Assembly: GCA_039096225.1 (NCBI GenBank)
Contig: JBBPEB010000003.1
Span: forward strand, 868,001 to 932,000
Length of the DNA: 64,000 bases
Source of the DNA: Blastocystis sp. Blastoise
Taxonomy: Eukaryota > Protista > Bigyra: Opalinata
Direction: 5' to 3'
Shown here: positions 11,201-25,520 of the stretch, one piece after another
Numbering within the stretch: the stretch's first letter is position 1
How the letters are laid out: every line of letters begins with the position of its first letter
Translations under genes and position numbers: made by a program
The notes under the pieces: generated by a model
The model's input: the letters and a program-made list of their open reading frames with translations, nothing else
Told to the model about the DNA's origin: nothing
The model's database searches: none

Positions 11201-13237
11201 TATATACGTAGCATCTTCTGATAACGATATACAAATGGACATTTTGGATGGTTTAGACGTGAAAGACTAGATATATATAATAAATAAAGAAATATATGTA
11301 TATATATAGATATATAGTATACATATAATAATAAAAAGAATAATAATAATAATCAACATGTTAAACATATTAAACATATTAAACATAAAAATAATAATAA
11401 TAATAGCCATACTTTAGAATATACATTAAGTATATATTGTTCTTTCTCAAATATAGATATAAATGTTTCATAATCATTAGTAGTATGTATATGTTCAACT
11501 ACTTTTTGAAAACTCTCTCCCATAATCACGGGGATCTCTGGATTCTTCATATAAGGAATATAGATAGAATCCATTGTAGCTATATCTTCTGTTGATGGAA
11601 TTAATTGTGTTGATAAAAATGAATTCATTATATAATAACCACGCTATATAAAACATTATATATATATATATAGAAATATATATATATAATAATAAATAAG
11701 ACATATTTAGGCTTTACATATAATATATATTTATACTCAAATACCAAAGGAAAAAAAATGTATATATTTAAAAATAATAATAATAATATAAAAATATTAA
11801 AGAATAATAATAAAATAATATCTGTATATACTTCTTTGTTAATAGTAGGTAATACAACGTGTTTTAATGCTTTATGTAAACAATATAAGCTTAATAGACT
11901 TAATGTAAAGCTAGTAGCTAATACATATCCTCTATGAATGCATACATAAGGAGACAAAGCTATTCCAATACACGTACCTATTACAGTAGACATCGTACTT
12001 TGAGATCCTTCTTTCGCTGTTATATCACTCATATTTGCGGCATTTATAAAACCATAACGAATACCTGCACGCGTTGCACTTCCAGCTAACCAGGATATAT
12101 TCTTACCTATATATATATAACGAATTTTTTAATAACCACAAAAAAAAACAATATTGAATGATCTTTTAAAAAATACTTATGAATAAAAATAATGATTGAA
12201 AAATCAAGAAGAGAAATAATTACCTGTATTTGCAATAGCAGCTAAAGGAATAAAGAACTTTGGAAATAATGGAGTCAAAACTTCAAGCCAAGTAGATAAT
12301 TCCAAAGCAAAAGCAGCTAGAAACCTCCAACTTCTTGAAGCTGAATCTAAATGATTACTTACTAATCTATATATTTATAATAAATAATCATTATATAACA
12401 TTTTATACATTCTTATTAGAAATACATGTAAAATGTAAAACAATAGAATACAGATAGATAATAAAAGTAATGTCAATCTATACTTTATTGTATACTATTT
12501 TCATTCATATAAATAATAAATATAAATATACGTTGCAAAAAGAACCCCGCCAAATTGGCCAAGACCATCTTTGATAACCCAATTCAATCCAGCAGCTAAA
12601 GTTGTAGATCCTTGTCCTACTCCTACAGCACTCCTATTGTTGATATATAAATTGATAGATATCGGAGTTATGAATAGAAATAATGTGAATTGGTAAAATA
12701 AACTACAAGAATATTATAAGAATCATAGAAGATCGGTCATATATGTCGTTAATGAACTAATAAATCATATTACATATATTTTTTATAATGAAATCATAAA
12801 GATATATACAGAAGAGATTGCATTGAAAGAACACCACCTGCTGAGGAGAATACCCACGAAAGCGACGTCCAAATACAATAAGGAAGATATTCTCCATTGA
12901 CTGTTTTAGGATAGCCCTATTGAATATACAAAAAAGACGAAATAAAAAGTACTTTTGGTAGAAATGCTTTTGGAATTTCTTGTAATCGTCGTAGAAGTTT
13001 TCCTTTGATAGAATTATCTTCTTCGTTCTTCGATATGAACTTTTGTTTTGTCGAATCAAACGAGAATTCTCGAAGACCATCACGAGTTCTCTCAGAGAAT
13101 GAATATTTCTTTTCTTTCTCTTCATGTTCATTTGTTTTATTGCAATCACTAAAGAAACGAAGATGTGGTACAATAAAAAGTTGTGAACATCGAGAATAAC
13201 TAATAATATTTATTGATCGAATCAACGCTCTATTCAT
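10782..13237 (-). CDS. RUS1/DUF647 family membrane protein with a mitochondrial-type N-terminal presequence, multi-exon
   Basis: AFLPK/GYPKTV, GVLSMQSLLSAVGVG, AAGLNWVIKDGLGQFGGVLFA, NMSDITAKEGSQST; N-terminus MNRALIRS...LRFFS. Confidence 0.88.
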
Positions 13238-13689
13238 TTTACACTCAATATATACAAAATAAGAATATATTATGATGATATATTGGATGTAAACAAAGCA
13301 AGAGAACAATATTTCAATTCTATTAATAATGGTATTTCATGAACCAAAATAATTAGTTCTCCAATGAAAAGTACCCGACAAAACCATAATTTTCCATAAT
13401 TTTTTTGTTTCGGTTTTTGCCTTTAATTTCTCTTCACCTTCCAATTTTTGTGTGGTTCTGATTCTCTTCGTTTATTGGCCTTTCTTCCAAAAACAGTACA
13501 CACCTTTAAAAGGAGATTCAATTTACCTGCTATTTTTACAGAATAATCGTGATTCTTACAGGCTAGTTGTAGGCTTTTAATTTTTAAGAAATAAAGTTTT
13601 ATAATATAAAAAGGAAACGCTTTTTTATTATATATATATAAAGAAGTGTTCTATTTGTTATACTGAGACTTGTGAATATAAAGAACGAA

Positions 13690-14484
13690 ATGGATAAGTC
13701 AAACAATACAATTCCTATTGAAACACCTGTGGAAGAAATCAAGGAACAATCTGTTCAAGAAGTTGAGTCCAAACCTATGAATATCAACGAAGAGAATGAT
13801 GATAAGATTAGAGATCAAGAAGAAGAAGATTCCCAAGAACCTGTGAAGGTATTCGTTGGTCAAGTTCCTCATTCTTTTAATGAAGACGATCTAAAGAAAG
13901 AATTTGAACAATTTGGTACTATTTTAAGAACTCAAATTATTAAGGATCGTGTTACTGGATTCCATAGAGGTATATCTTGCTTTTTTTAATATAAATTTTA
14001 TTAAAGTTATTTTTTTATTGATTATTATATGAATATTTAGGTTGTGGTTTTGTTACCTTTGCTAAAAGAAGTAGTGCTCTTGAAGCCATTGAAAAATGTC
14101 ATCAAAAGAAATACTTTTCTGGAGTATATTATATGTCTATGCTATTATTTATGTTATTATTAATTGTGTTCTTTATTATTTATTTTATTTATTATTATTT
14201 ATGTTATTATTATATATATATAGATGAAGTATCCCATGCAAGTCAAGGAAGCCCTTAATGATGGAAGAATTGGTATATATATATATATTTATTATTATTA
14301 TTATTATTATATTCTATATAGCTGCTTCTCCTATGGTTTCTGTACAGTTCCTTCCTAGTACATATATAGAAAGTGATATTCAATCCCTCTTTGGTAAGTG
14401 CGGAGATATCGTTGAAATCAATCTCAATCCTCCTAATGAAAAACATAAAGTCATCTATGTAGAAGTATATATATTTATTATTAC

Positions 14485-14532
<48 letters not shown>

Positions 14533-15891
14533 GTTTTCTACTAAGGAACAGGCTATAAACGCTGTTAATACATTCAATGGATTTGTTCAAGATAAAGAAT
14601 TACCTCCTCTTGTTGTTAAACAAATTCTTAAAACGGAAAAGAAGAGAAACTTCGGTGCTGACCAAGAAAATAATTTCAATTCGATGTCTGCTCCTGCTCG
14701 TTCTTATACCCCTTTTGTTGATCCTTATTATAATTACCCTTATCCTAATATATATAATACCTCTCCTAATGTGATGGGTACTTTAGGTACAGTGAATCAA
14801 GAACTACAAGCAATTGGAGAAGACCAACTTGGATCTCATAGAGAAGGTATATATATGTATATTTATTATGTTTATATTTAATATGTTTATTGCTATATCT
14901 ATATATATATATATATATTATATATACATATACCATAGGTCCCCCAGGTGCCAATCTCTTTGTATATCATCTTCCTCAACGCCTTAATGATAATGACCTA
15001 GCTACACTATTCTTTGCTTTTGGTACTATATACTCAGCTAAAGTATATATATATAGATTATTATTATTATGTTTATTATTATGTTTATTATTATTATATT
15101 TTTTTTTCTTTTTTTTTTATTTTATAACTTTCATTAATTATTATTATTATTATTTATTACTTTTATTAATTATTATTATAATATTCCTTTCTATTTTATT
15201 CTTATCTTTCATATATACTAGGTATTTATTGATAAGCAAAGTGGAGAAAGTAAAGGGTTTGGATTCGTATCGTTTAGTTCCACTCAAGAAGCTGAAGCTG
15301 CTATTGCAAATATGAATGGATTCCAAATTGGGACTAAAAGACTGAAAGTACAACATAAGAAAGAAAAACGAATGAAGTATATTATTATTATTATTAATAT
15401 TATGTTTATTATGTTTATTATGTTTATGTTTATTATTATTATACTTATTATACTTATTATACTTATTATACTTATTATACTTATTATACTTATTATACTT
15501 ATTATACTTATTATACTTATTATCTACCTCTAGTCCTGGTCTTCAACATCCCGTAATGCCAATAAATGCACCTAATCCTATGTTTTCCTCTCCTTATCTT
15601 TCTCCTTCTTCTCTTCCTCTCTCTCTACCTCAATATATTCAAAATGCACAACCTAATATAATGCCTAATATGCCCAATATGCCTCCTAATACAGGAAATA
15701 CGATGTTTATGAACTCTCCATATATGTATAATCCTTCTTCTCAACCTTTATCTACTACTAATAATACAAATGCTCCTATTAATACGAATAATAATAATAT
15801 TAATAATAATAATAATAATAATAATCAACAAGAAGGAAATAAAAATCAATTTATGGAGAATAAAGAATACATAAAAACATTTAGAAATTAA
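13690..15891 (+). CDS. CELF/Bruno-like RRM RNA-binding protein, multi-exon
   Basis: RRM1 VKVFVGQVP...HRGCGFVTF; RRM3 [14 protein letters not shown]...SKGFGFVSF...[16 protein letters not shown]. Confidence 0.92.
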
Positions 15892-16046
15892 AAAAAAACA
15901 ACTTATATAAATCTTATTATTATATTATTTCGATATGTTTTTTCTTAATTCTTAATTTTTTTTTATTTATTTATTATTATTTATATACTGTAAATGTCTT
16001 TTTAATAAGTTTTGACTTCTCTATTGTCTTCTTATTCTTTCGTCGT

Positions 16047-16088
<42 letters not shown>

Positions 16089-16904
16089 TTTATAATTGAA
16101 TAGTGTTATCTTATGTATATCTTTTTTATAATCTTTCTTTCTTTTCTTTTCTTTTTTTAATTATTTTATAAGAATTTATCTTTTGAATGAAAGATATACA
16201 TATCTACTTTTATATTCCTATTTAAATATACATTTACATTTTTAAATACATATATATATATATATATATATACTATATAATATACACTATTCTAATAGCT
16301 AAAAGTTGTTTATATTTTGATATTATCGTATGTTAAAACAATTCTTTTTATTTATTTATTTATGTTTTTCTTTTCTTCATACATTCTTTATCCTTTGTAT
16401 ATTCAAAGTCAGTATAGTTAATGGTTTATATTTATATATATATACATACATTATATTTTTTATATATATGCAGTATTCTTAAATATGTTTTATACCAATT
16501 CTTTGGCAAGCTTGCAACATTATTCTAGAATGTCTCTTTGTCTTTTTTAAACTTGATTTATGTTTGTACTAAAAACCAATACATAAAATATTCGCAATTG
16601 TTTTGTCTTCTAAACATAAAATTCTACATGTATGTCAAATGGAACATAGTATCGATTCATGTTAAGACATTATTTATTTCACATTCATCTTAACTATGTT
16701 CAGTGAGAAATCAATCGAATAATATCTCTATAAAACAATAATAAAATAAAAATTTCCTTTTAAAAAAATAAATAATGAAATTATCCAAATCTACAGTGAA
16801 AATCTTTATTTTTTCGTCATTATCTTTTTGATTAACAAAATTTTATAGAATCTAAACTGTTTTCTATAAATCTATCTTATTTTACACATAAATCTATAGA
16901 AGAA

Positions 16905-19900
16905 ATGGAAAATATACCTTACGGTCTTCGTGAATTTCCTGCAGAAGCTTTTATTGATCCTAAACCCTTGATTGGTCTTTTTAATGGAAATCAACTTGAT
17001 GAAAATGTGTTAGAACCACTCACAAAACGTCTTTCAGATTCTTGCAATATTATACATATAACTCCAAATTCACTTCCTGTACCAAAGAATGAATCCACAA
17101 ATAATTCAGAAGAACAACATATTTTCAAATATTCTTGGTTTGAAAAACATCTAAAGAAACTACCTGGAACCATTTTAATGGCTTACAAGATCAATTTTTC
17201 TGCTCCTGAATCAGATTGGGAATCTGTAAGTACAACTATTCAATTTGATTATAAAGCACTTACTTCAAAAACTGAACATCAAAAAGTTCAAGTTTATATC
17301 ACTTTATTTAATGAAGGTAAAAATGATTTCTCAGATGATATTAAAGTTCAAAACTCTTTAAAAATTGAAAAGTATGAATTATAGGTGTTGTTTTATTATT
17401 TTATTTTTATGAATTTTTCATAATATTTTTTTATGAAATATATAGAATCTTTTTTTATTAACTATATATACTTTTTTTTTAAATATATACTAATTTTTTT
17501 TAACAAAATTAATATTTATAACATTTATTGATTATAAATAAAGATATATACTACAATCTATTATTACAACTTATGTGAATATTCATTTCTTTCTTGACTA
17601 TGTATTTCTGTCTATAGATTATGTCAATCTTTGTCTCTCGATGATAAGCAATTAATAGTTATATACCTTGGTAATGAAGACATTGATGATCTATATACTA
17701 TTGCCTTTAGCGATATTGAAAGCTATACACTTTCTTATTATAGTACATATGTAAAGAGCATGAAGAAAGACAAACGATTCACGGAGGAACAAACAACCAC
17801 TTGTATATATTTAGTAATATTATGTTTATTTTATTTATTATATTTAGTAATGTTATAAATATATTTAGTATGTTTATTTATTTTTTTTAATTATCATGCT
17901 TATTATGTTTTATTAAATTTTATTATATTGTATTCTATATATTATTCAGATATATATTTTTTTTATATAGATTCATATAATTTATTTATATAGAATTCTA
18001 TTTATTAATTATTTTCTATATATATATATATATAGGTAAGATTATAAATATGTTATTAAAAATAGGATATATATCTGAGTTTATTGAGGGATATGAACAA
18101 AAAACATTAAATTCTTATGTTAAAACATCACAGTGGCTTGAAAAATTATATCATGAAGTATATATTTAATATATCTTTTCTATATTGTTATTCTATTTAT
18201 TATTGTTTTTTTTTAAATTATTTCACTTTTTATATTTTTATTTATTCTATTTTATTTATTCTATATATCCTATATATTTTTATTTATTCTCTTTAATTTA
18301 TTCTATATATTCTATATATTCTATATATTCTATATATTCTATATATAGAGTTCTTCTGTATCCGGTATAGAGATACGTGCATTTGCTTTATATGTATATT
18401 ATAAGATTATTACCTTTCAATTACGAATTAATAATAATAATCTTACTACTGTATATAAATCATTAAGAGACTTTTTATATATGTTTGCTCTCCCTAAAGA
18501 TGATTTTGATTATAGTCCTTCTATATCTATATATAAATCCCATTTATATGCAATTACCGCCATGGTTTTTGAGCGCTATTCATCACTTGTCATCGACCCA
18601 GTTCCCGCCAACTCCATAATTCCCGCTCTTTTTACAGATAATGAACATTCTACAACATCTATGCAATTATATATTAGTATATATATTATATATATTATAT
18701 ATATTATATATATATTATATATATATTATATATATTATAGGTTCTCTTTATTTTAATGCATATACATATCTTCATCTCTCCTATTATGATGCTATGCTTC
18801 CTACCGCCAATAATTTCTCCTATTCCCACGGTTATCCATCACAATCAACTGATTTTTCCATTTTCCCCTCTCCTTCATTTACGTACATTAAGAACGATCT
18901 ATTGGCTAATTATATTTGTGTTCTTCCTGTTAGCCAATCTGATTGTATTAATTATTATATTGAATCAGATCATCAAATTCCTTATACTGCTACTCTTGCG
19001 GATCTTTTGGAGAAATCACAAATTTATATACAGAATGGAAATCATTATGTATCCCCGTGGTTTTCTAATCTTATAAACCTTGAAAATGAAATTAATATAG
19101 GACATTATGAAGAAGTATATATATATTTATTATATTTATTATATTTATTATATTTATTATAATTATTCTTTTTTATGTATTGAATATATATATATATTTA
19201 TATATAGAATGTTTCTAAGTATATGTGTATATTGGATTCTCTTCAGAATTCTCATTGGACACTTCTTTATTCTCATCTCGTTATATACTTATATATATAT
19301 GCATATAAACATCAAGATGAACAAGTATATATAATTATAATTATTATAATTATTATGTCTATTATGTTTATTATAATTATTATGCTTATTTTATTGTTTA
19401 TTATTATTATTGTTTATTATGCTTATTATGAATATTATTATTTTTACTCATTTATATAGACTCTCTTAACCCTGGTGCCCGCCATTGTCTCTCCTTCCCT
19501 CCAAAAGTATATACCTAACGGTTTCTTAACAGCTGCATGGACACTTTATTTACAACTTATTCATACTCATAATATAACTACTATCAGTCCTTCCTCTTCT
19601 TTCTCTCCCTTCCTTCAAACAACAGTAGCCTATCGCAACGCTAGTGGTCACTGTCAGACCCCCGTCGATGCACAACTCGTCATTACTAATCATTTACCTG
19701 TGTCTATTCCTATCACTTCAATTGATATATATACATATATAAATGAAAAGAAACAGATGTTATTACAAGGCTATTCTTATGAGAGTTCTCTTATTCCCGC
19801 CATTCCTGAGTCTATTTCCCTCGCTTTTACTTATGCATCAACACCTCTTTTTATTACTTGCCATACATCTTTAGATTCTTGGGACTATGAAATAACCGCG

Positions 19901-20952
19901 GGAATCGAGAATAAAGTAATAAATAATGAATATAAGTATATATCAATGGATATAGATAAAAGTATACAAATATATGTAGCAAAAGAAAATCAATATGTAT
20001 TTTTATCTACTAATGAAATGAAAGTTTATATTGAAGATGTTTGCAAAGAAGTATATACAAATGTATATATAGAAAGTAATTGTGAAGATAAACAAGTTAT
20101 TTTATTAAATCCTCATCAAGAAATTAATTTTACCTCATCACCTGTATATACATATATACTTCAATTTGATTGTACATCTATTACTACTTCCCGCCATATC
20201 TCTATTTCCCTCCATCTTCATTATACACAACATGATGTATATATATTATATATTATATATTATATATTATATATTATATATTATATATTATATATTATAT
20301 ATTATATATAGGGTAATGAGATTATATTTGATAAACAAGTGCCTATTTCACTAATTGCTCCATTCACATTAGATGTCAAAGTATATAATATATATTATTA
20401 TACTTAATATATTTAATATTATTATTATACTTAATATACTTAATATTATTATTATTATTATCTTAATATTATTATTATTATTATTATCTTAATATGCTTA
20501 TTATTCTTACTATTCTTAATATGCTTATTATACTTAATATTATTATTCTATAGTTTGCTCCTTCTCTTCCTTCTCTTCTTCCTGAATCTCTCGATTCCCA
20601 CGATTCTTCGGATATATCTCCTACTTTAGATGACTTTACTGGAAATAAAGTGGCTATATATATGCCAAAACAACAAATAATCGCGAATAATAAATTTACA
20701 ATTCATGTTGATATAGTTCCTCGTATCAATGGATTTATACTTAATAATATTCAATTTAATTTACATCCCTCTTTATCGTTACAAATGATCCCAAAATTCA
20801 GTTCAAATCCTCTTCCCGCCAATACGGTTTCCTCTTTTAAATTCGCGGGCTTATGTTCTTCTCCTCCAACCACTCTTTCTGATGGCGACATCCTATGCAA
20901 ATGGACTATGTATATATATATATATTTATATTTATATTTATATATATATATA

Positions 20953-21002
<50 letters not shown>

Positions 21003-21557
21003 TATATATAGTAAGTCTTCTTCTTCTTCTCTTTCTCTTCCTCTCCCTTCTCTTCTCATTCTACCTCCTCCACTCCATACAGAAATAGATATCCTTATAT
21101 ATATACTATATATTTTATAACCTATATATATATATTATATACCTTAATAATATACTTTGTCCTTCTATCCTTCAACAAGGTGTTGTTGCTCAATTCACTA
21201 TATTTATATATAATAATACTACTAGTATACAAGATATACAAGTAGATATAAAAGATATGACTACATATATCTTTAGAGGTCCTCTTCATACTGTCATACA
21301 AGTATATATATATAACTATATATATAAAACTATATAAACATAACTATATATATAAAACTATATAAACATAACTATATAAACATAACTATATATAGATCTT
21401 ACCTCGATCTGTTTATACACTTAAATATGATATTGTTCCTATTCTTACTGGAAATCAAACGATTCCCACGGTAAATCTAGTTTCTACAAAATATAATATG
21501 GATTTATTCACGGGAAAAAGATCTTCTTTTGTCAATATCTCTGAATATAAACCATAA
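16905..21557 (+). CDS. TRAPPC11: TRAPPC11 (foie gras/gryzun)-like trafficking protein, about 12 exons; includes an AT-AC intron at 21089-21155
   Basis: N-terminal PAEAFIDPKPLIGL and SWFEKHLKKLPG; C-terminal gryzun-like ILPRSVYTLKYDIVPILTGNQTIP. Exon phases checked through to TAA at 21555-21557. Confidence 0.75.
21089..21155 (+). other. U12-type (minor spliceosome) AT-AC intron, 67 nt
   Basis: 5' splice site ATATCCTT at 21089; CCTTAAT at 21142-21148; ends ATATAC at 21155. Phase-1 join gives HTEI-V-CPSILQQG and an open frame to the next GT donor. Confidence 0.88.
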
Positions 21558-22059
21558 TAATAGAACGAATATTCAATACTATTATTTCTATTCTTTATAT
21601 ATATTTTTTTCTATTTTCTATTTCTTTATTTTGCTTATATATTGTATTCTTTTGTTTTATATCTTTCATTACATATTATTCTCTTTTAACAATTATTCAT
21701 CTAATGGTTTGAAAAAATAAAACAATGTTCTATTTACTATTAAGATAATTAAAAAATATATAAGAAGATCTTAATAAACTAAACGATATTTTAAACACAA
21801 AAACATATAAAGAATCAAAAGTTAAAAAATAATGTACAAGAAAAGAATGATAATTGATAACTATATATATATATATATAATTTGCGTAAATGCTTAGTAA
21901 TTCAAACACAAATCAAAATTAAAATCAAGAAAAAAAATCAAAATTAAACTAACAAGATAAAAAAAGAATAAGAAATAGAGAATATTGATATAAATAACTA
22001 TAAAATATATTTTAATGACACTATAAGTATTATACTATTATTATAACTATAGAATTCCT

Positions 22060-24434
22060 TTAGAATACACCCATAACTTGAAGAGCAAAGAAGAATACAA
22101 GAACAACATATGTACCTAATAAAGCAGCACCCTTCATTCTATTTAATTGAACTTTTTCTTGTTTGAAAATAATAACACAACCAATTGTTAAACCAAAGAA
22201 TACAAGAAGACCTAGATAGATATATAGATATATTTAAATAATATAAATATAAGAGATAAATAAATAGTATTTAGAAATAATAATAATAATAATATATATA
22301 TACAAATAATCATATAAACCATGTTACTATTGAATTGATCTAAGAATTCAAAATCGAAATAACCACGGGGATCAGCAGCAGATACAATAAGATAAGGTAA
22401 ACCCATACCAACACCAATCTATATAATAATAAGTATTATAACAAGTATAATAATAATACATATATAATAATAATACTATATACATTAATAATAAGAGACC
22501 CAATACAGGAGGCAACAGCCATAGATCCAAGACCTTTCTTAGCAACATTAATAGCTTGAATAGTATCAGGAACAGCACTACCCCAGGCGATAAGAGTTAA
22601 ACCCATAAGAGACTTAAGACCTTCAGAAGTAGGCTATATATAGTATTCATATAGAGAGTTATGTATCATTATAATATATTTATTATTATAATATATATGA
22701 TATCATAATTATATATAATAATAATAGTTCTATAATAATATACATTAGCTTCTTCAATCATAATAGACCAACGATCTACCATAGTAGTAAGAAGGAAGGA
22801 CCAGAAGGCGATGAAAACAAAAGATATAAGCATAGTTGCAAGAGCTACATAACTAAACACACCTTCCTCTATATATATATAATATGTATATATATAATAT
22901 GTTATATATATATATATACTAAGTTCATGAGGAGGAATAGTATATTTAATAATGAAATTGGCGGGAACAGTAAATACTTTACCAATAGTACCCCAAAAAG
23001 CATACCAATTAGCTATATAATAAATAAATAATAATAAATAAATAATAATAATAAAAATAAATAAAAAAACAATAATAAATAAATAATAATCAATAAAAAA
23101 AAATAATAATAATAATAATAGCATACATTCAATCTTTTTGGCTTTAGAAGCGACCATACATTTAGAGAGAAAAGCTACCATAAGAGTTTTTGAGTATTTA
23201 CTTCGTTTCTTCTTTTGTGCCAAAGTATCGGCTTCTCCAGCGAATACATCCTCTTTATCTTCTTCAGCAATCATATCATCATGGCTTCTCTATATATATA
23301 ATTTATATATTATAATTAAAAGATAATAAAAATAGAATTAAAATAGAATTAAAATATAATTAAAATATACATGAAATAGAATTAAAATATGCATAAAATA
23401 TATAAATCAAACAATACTAAACATATAAACATACACAAGCGGTTTTACATAAGAATCTTTTGATTGTAGGGAAATAAAGAAGGAAAATAACGTATACAAT
23501 ATAAATACAAAGAAGACAAACAGATTCACCGATAGTAAACTTTTTATCAGAAATAAATATCCAAACAAGAGCTAAACTGCAAATATAACTATATATATAA
23601 ATATCGTAAAATAGAATACATTTATTAGTATTCAATATATCCATAATTATCTAATAAATATAGAAATAATAATTTATGTATATATAGGAAATGAAGAAAT
23701 AACAAGAATTAAGAATCAATATCAAATAATAATAAATAGTATAATAATAAGCATACAAAACAAAATCACGAATTAAGGCTCTTCTTTTAACAAATAATGC
23801 AGCAGGTGCAAATAAAGCACTTAAACCTGTTAAAACTAAGAAAGCAAGTAAACCAGAACTATATATATTTTTTAATATATATATATATTATAATCAAAAA
23901 TGAATCAACATATATAAATACCCAAAAATAGAACCAACACCAAGTTCCATAGATTCACCACCTTCAAATGAAGTAATACAACTAATAACAATATCAGGAG
24001 CAGAAGAACCCATAGCTAATAAAGTAGCACCAGCAACATCTTCTTTAAGTTGCCATCTATCACTAAGAGCTTCTAATGCAGGAACCAATTTAATATCAAC
24101 AATCTGAATAAATGAAGATATTATAGTATTCCATGATTGTTATTTTAAAAAAGTATTATAAGCGTTGTAATTTAAATAATAAATAGAATTGAGATCATTT
24201 TTAAGAAGAAAAAACATACATTACCAATACTAATTAAGGAGAAAAGGAAAATAATGACTTCGAGAAGGAAACCAAAAAAGTTTCCATCAATTTTATCTAA
24301 GCAGAAACCAAAAAGATCTCCATTGCATGCCTAGATAAAACTAATAGAATCCAAAATGATATTTAAAAAAATACAATAGTAGCATCTTTAGCAGCATTCA
24401 AATAATATGTAACAGTTAAATTTGACGTATACAT
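22060..24434 (-). CDS. Ca2+/cation antiporter (NCKX/CaCA family), multi-exon
   Basis: Alpha-1 repeat DVAGATLLAMGSSAPD; alpha-2 repeat LMGLTLIAWGSAVPD...AVASCIGS; multiple TM segments. Start codon inferred. Confidence 0.88.
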
Positions 24435-25520
24435 TCAAAAAAAATAGAAAAATATCACAAATAATATGTGATAAAAGGAAATAATAAAATAAGTTACTAC
24501 TAAGAAAATGTCCTTTATAGTTGTTCATGTATAGAGCTGCTTGACTTCAAATCCTATCTTGTCAGTGTGCGTCAGAAAATCAATAAGGGGTATATATGAG
24601 AACACTAGAAACATTATTGATTTTATAGGCTTATTCTTTGAATATTTAAGTGATATATATTGTGTTTTGGACCGCTTGATAAGTTCAAAATAAACCAGTG
24701 GCTTGGCACGCAAATAATAATGTCAACCAATCAAATAGAAAACCTGATAAATATCTTAAGAACTCCTGGATATTTGAATGGCTATAAGAAAATGCCTCAT
24801 TCAATACGTATTTAATCGCGAATAACATAAATTATTGACCAGAAAAAAAAGGTTTCTTTTTTCTACAAAAAGGGACTTCGAGAAACTTGAAAAAAAAAGA
24901 ATAACCAAAATTATAAAAATGAAGTCAGTTGTTTCTATAAAATGTATTAAATATCAATAATTACATTCTTTATCACTTTAATTTGTTTACTATTCAACGA
25001 ACAAGTATCTTTCGTACATTCTCATCAATTCAACGAATCATTTCCACTTTTAATAAAGAATTGAATGAGTCATGTTTTAAACAATATTAGCTTCATATTG
25101 CTGAGAATTAATAGCTGCATGATCTTGTAAATGCATTATAAAATGAATTGCTTCAAATGAATTCTAAATAACAAATAATATCTTTTTAATGTTCAACGAT
25201 TAAATGAGTTTATAAAAGAATGCTCATACATTTTGTTACCATTATTGTATATAAATTATCTTATTCTCGTCTTTTTTATGAAAAAGCAAACCCTTAATCG
25301 AAGGTTTTTTTACAAATAAATAGTATATATAGAAATCAAGGTTTATATATATTATGTAGTTCTCTCGCTTTATCTAAAAACAATGAATGTAATTATTATT
25401 ATAAAACGTAAACAATAATAGATAGAAATACTCGACAAACAAAATTGAATAATAATAAAGTTTTCCGTATTTTCAGAATAAATGTTTTATAAACAATATA
25501 TCGACATTCAGATTAACTAA

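Noticed and set aside
20800-20822. GTTCAAATCC...CCA resembling a tRNA 3' half
   Set aside because: The T-stem does not pair and it lies within a TRAPPC11 coding exon.
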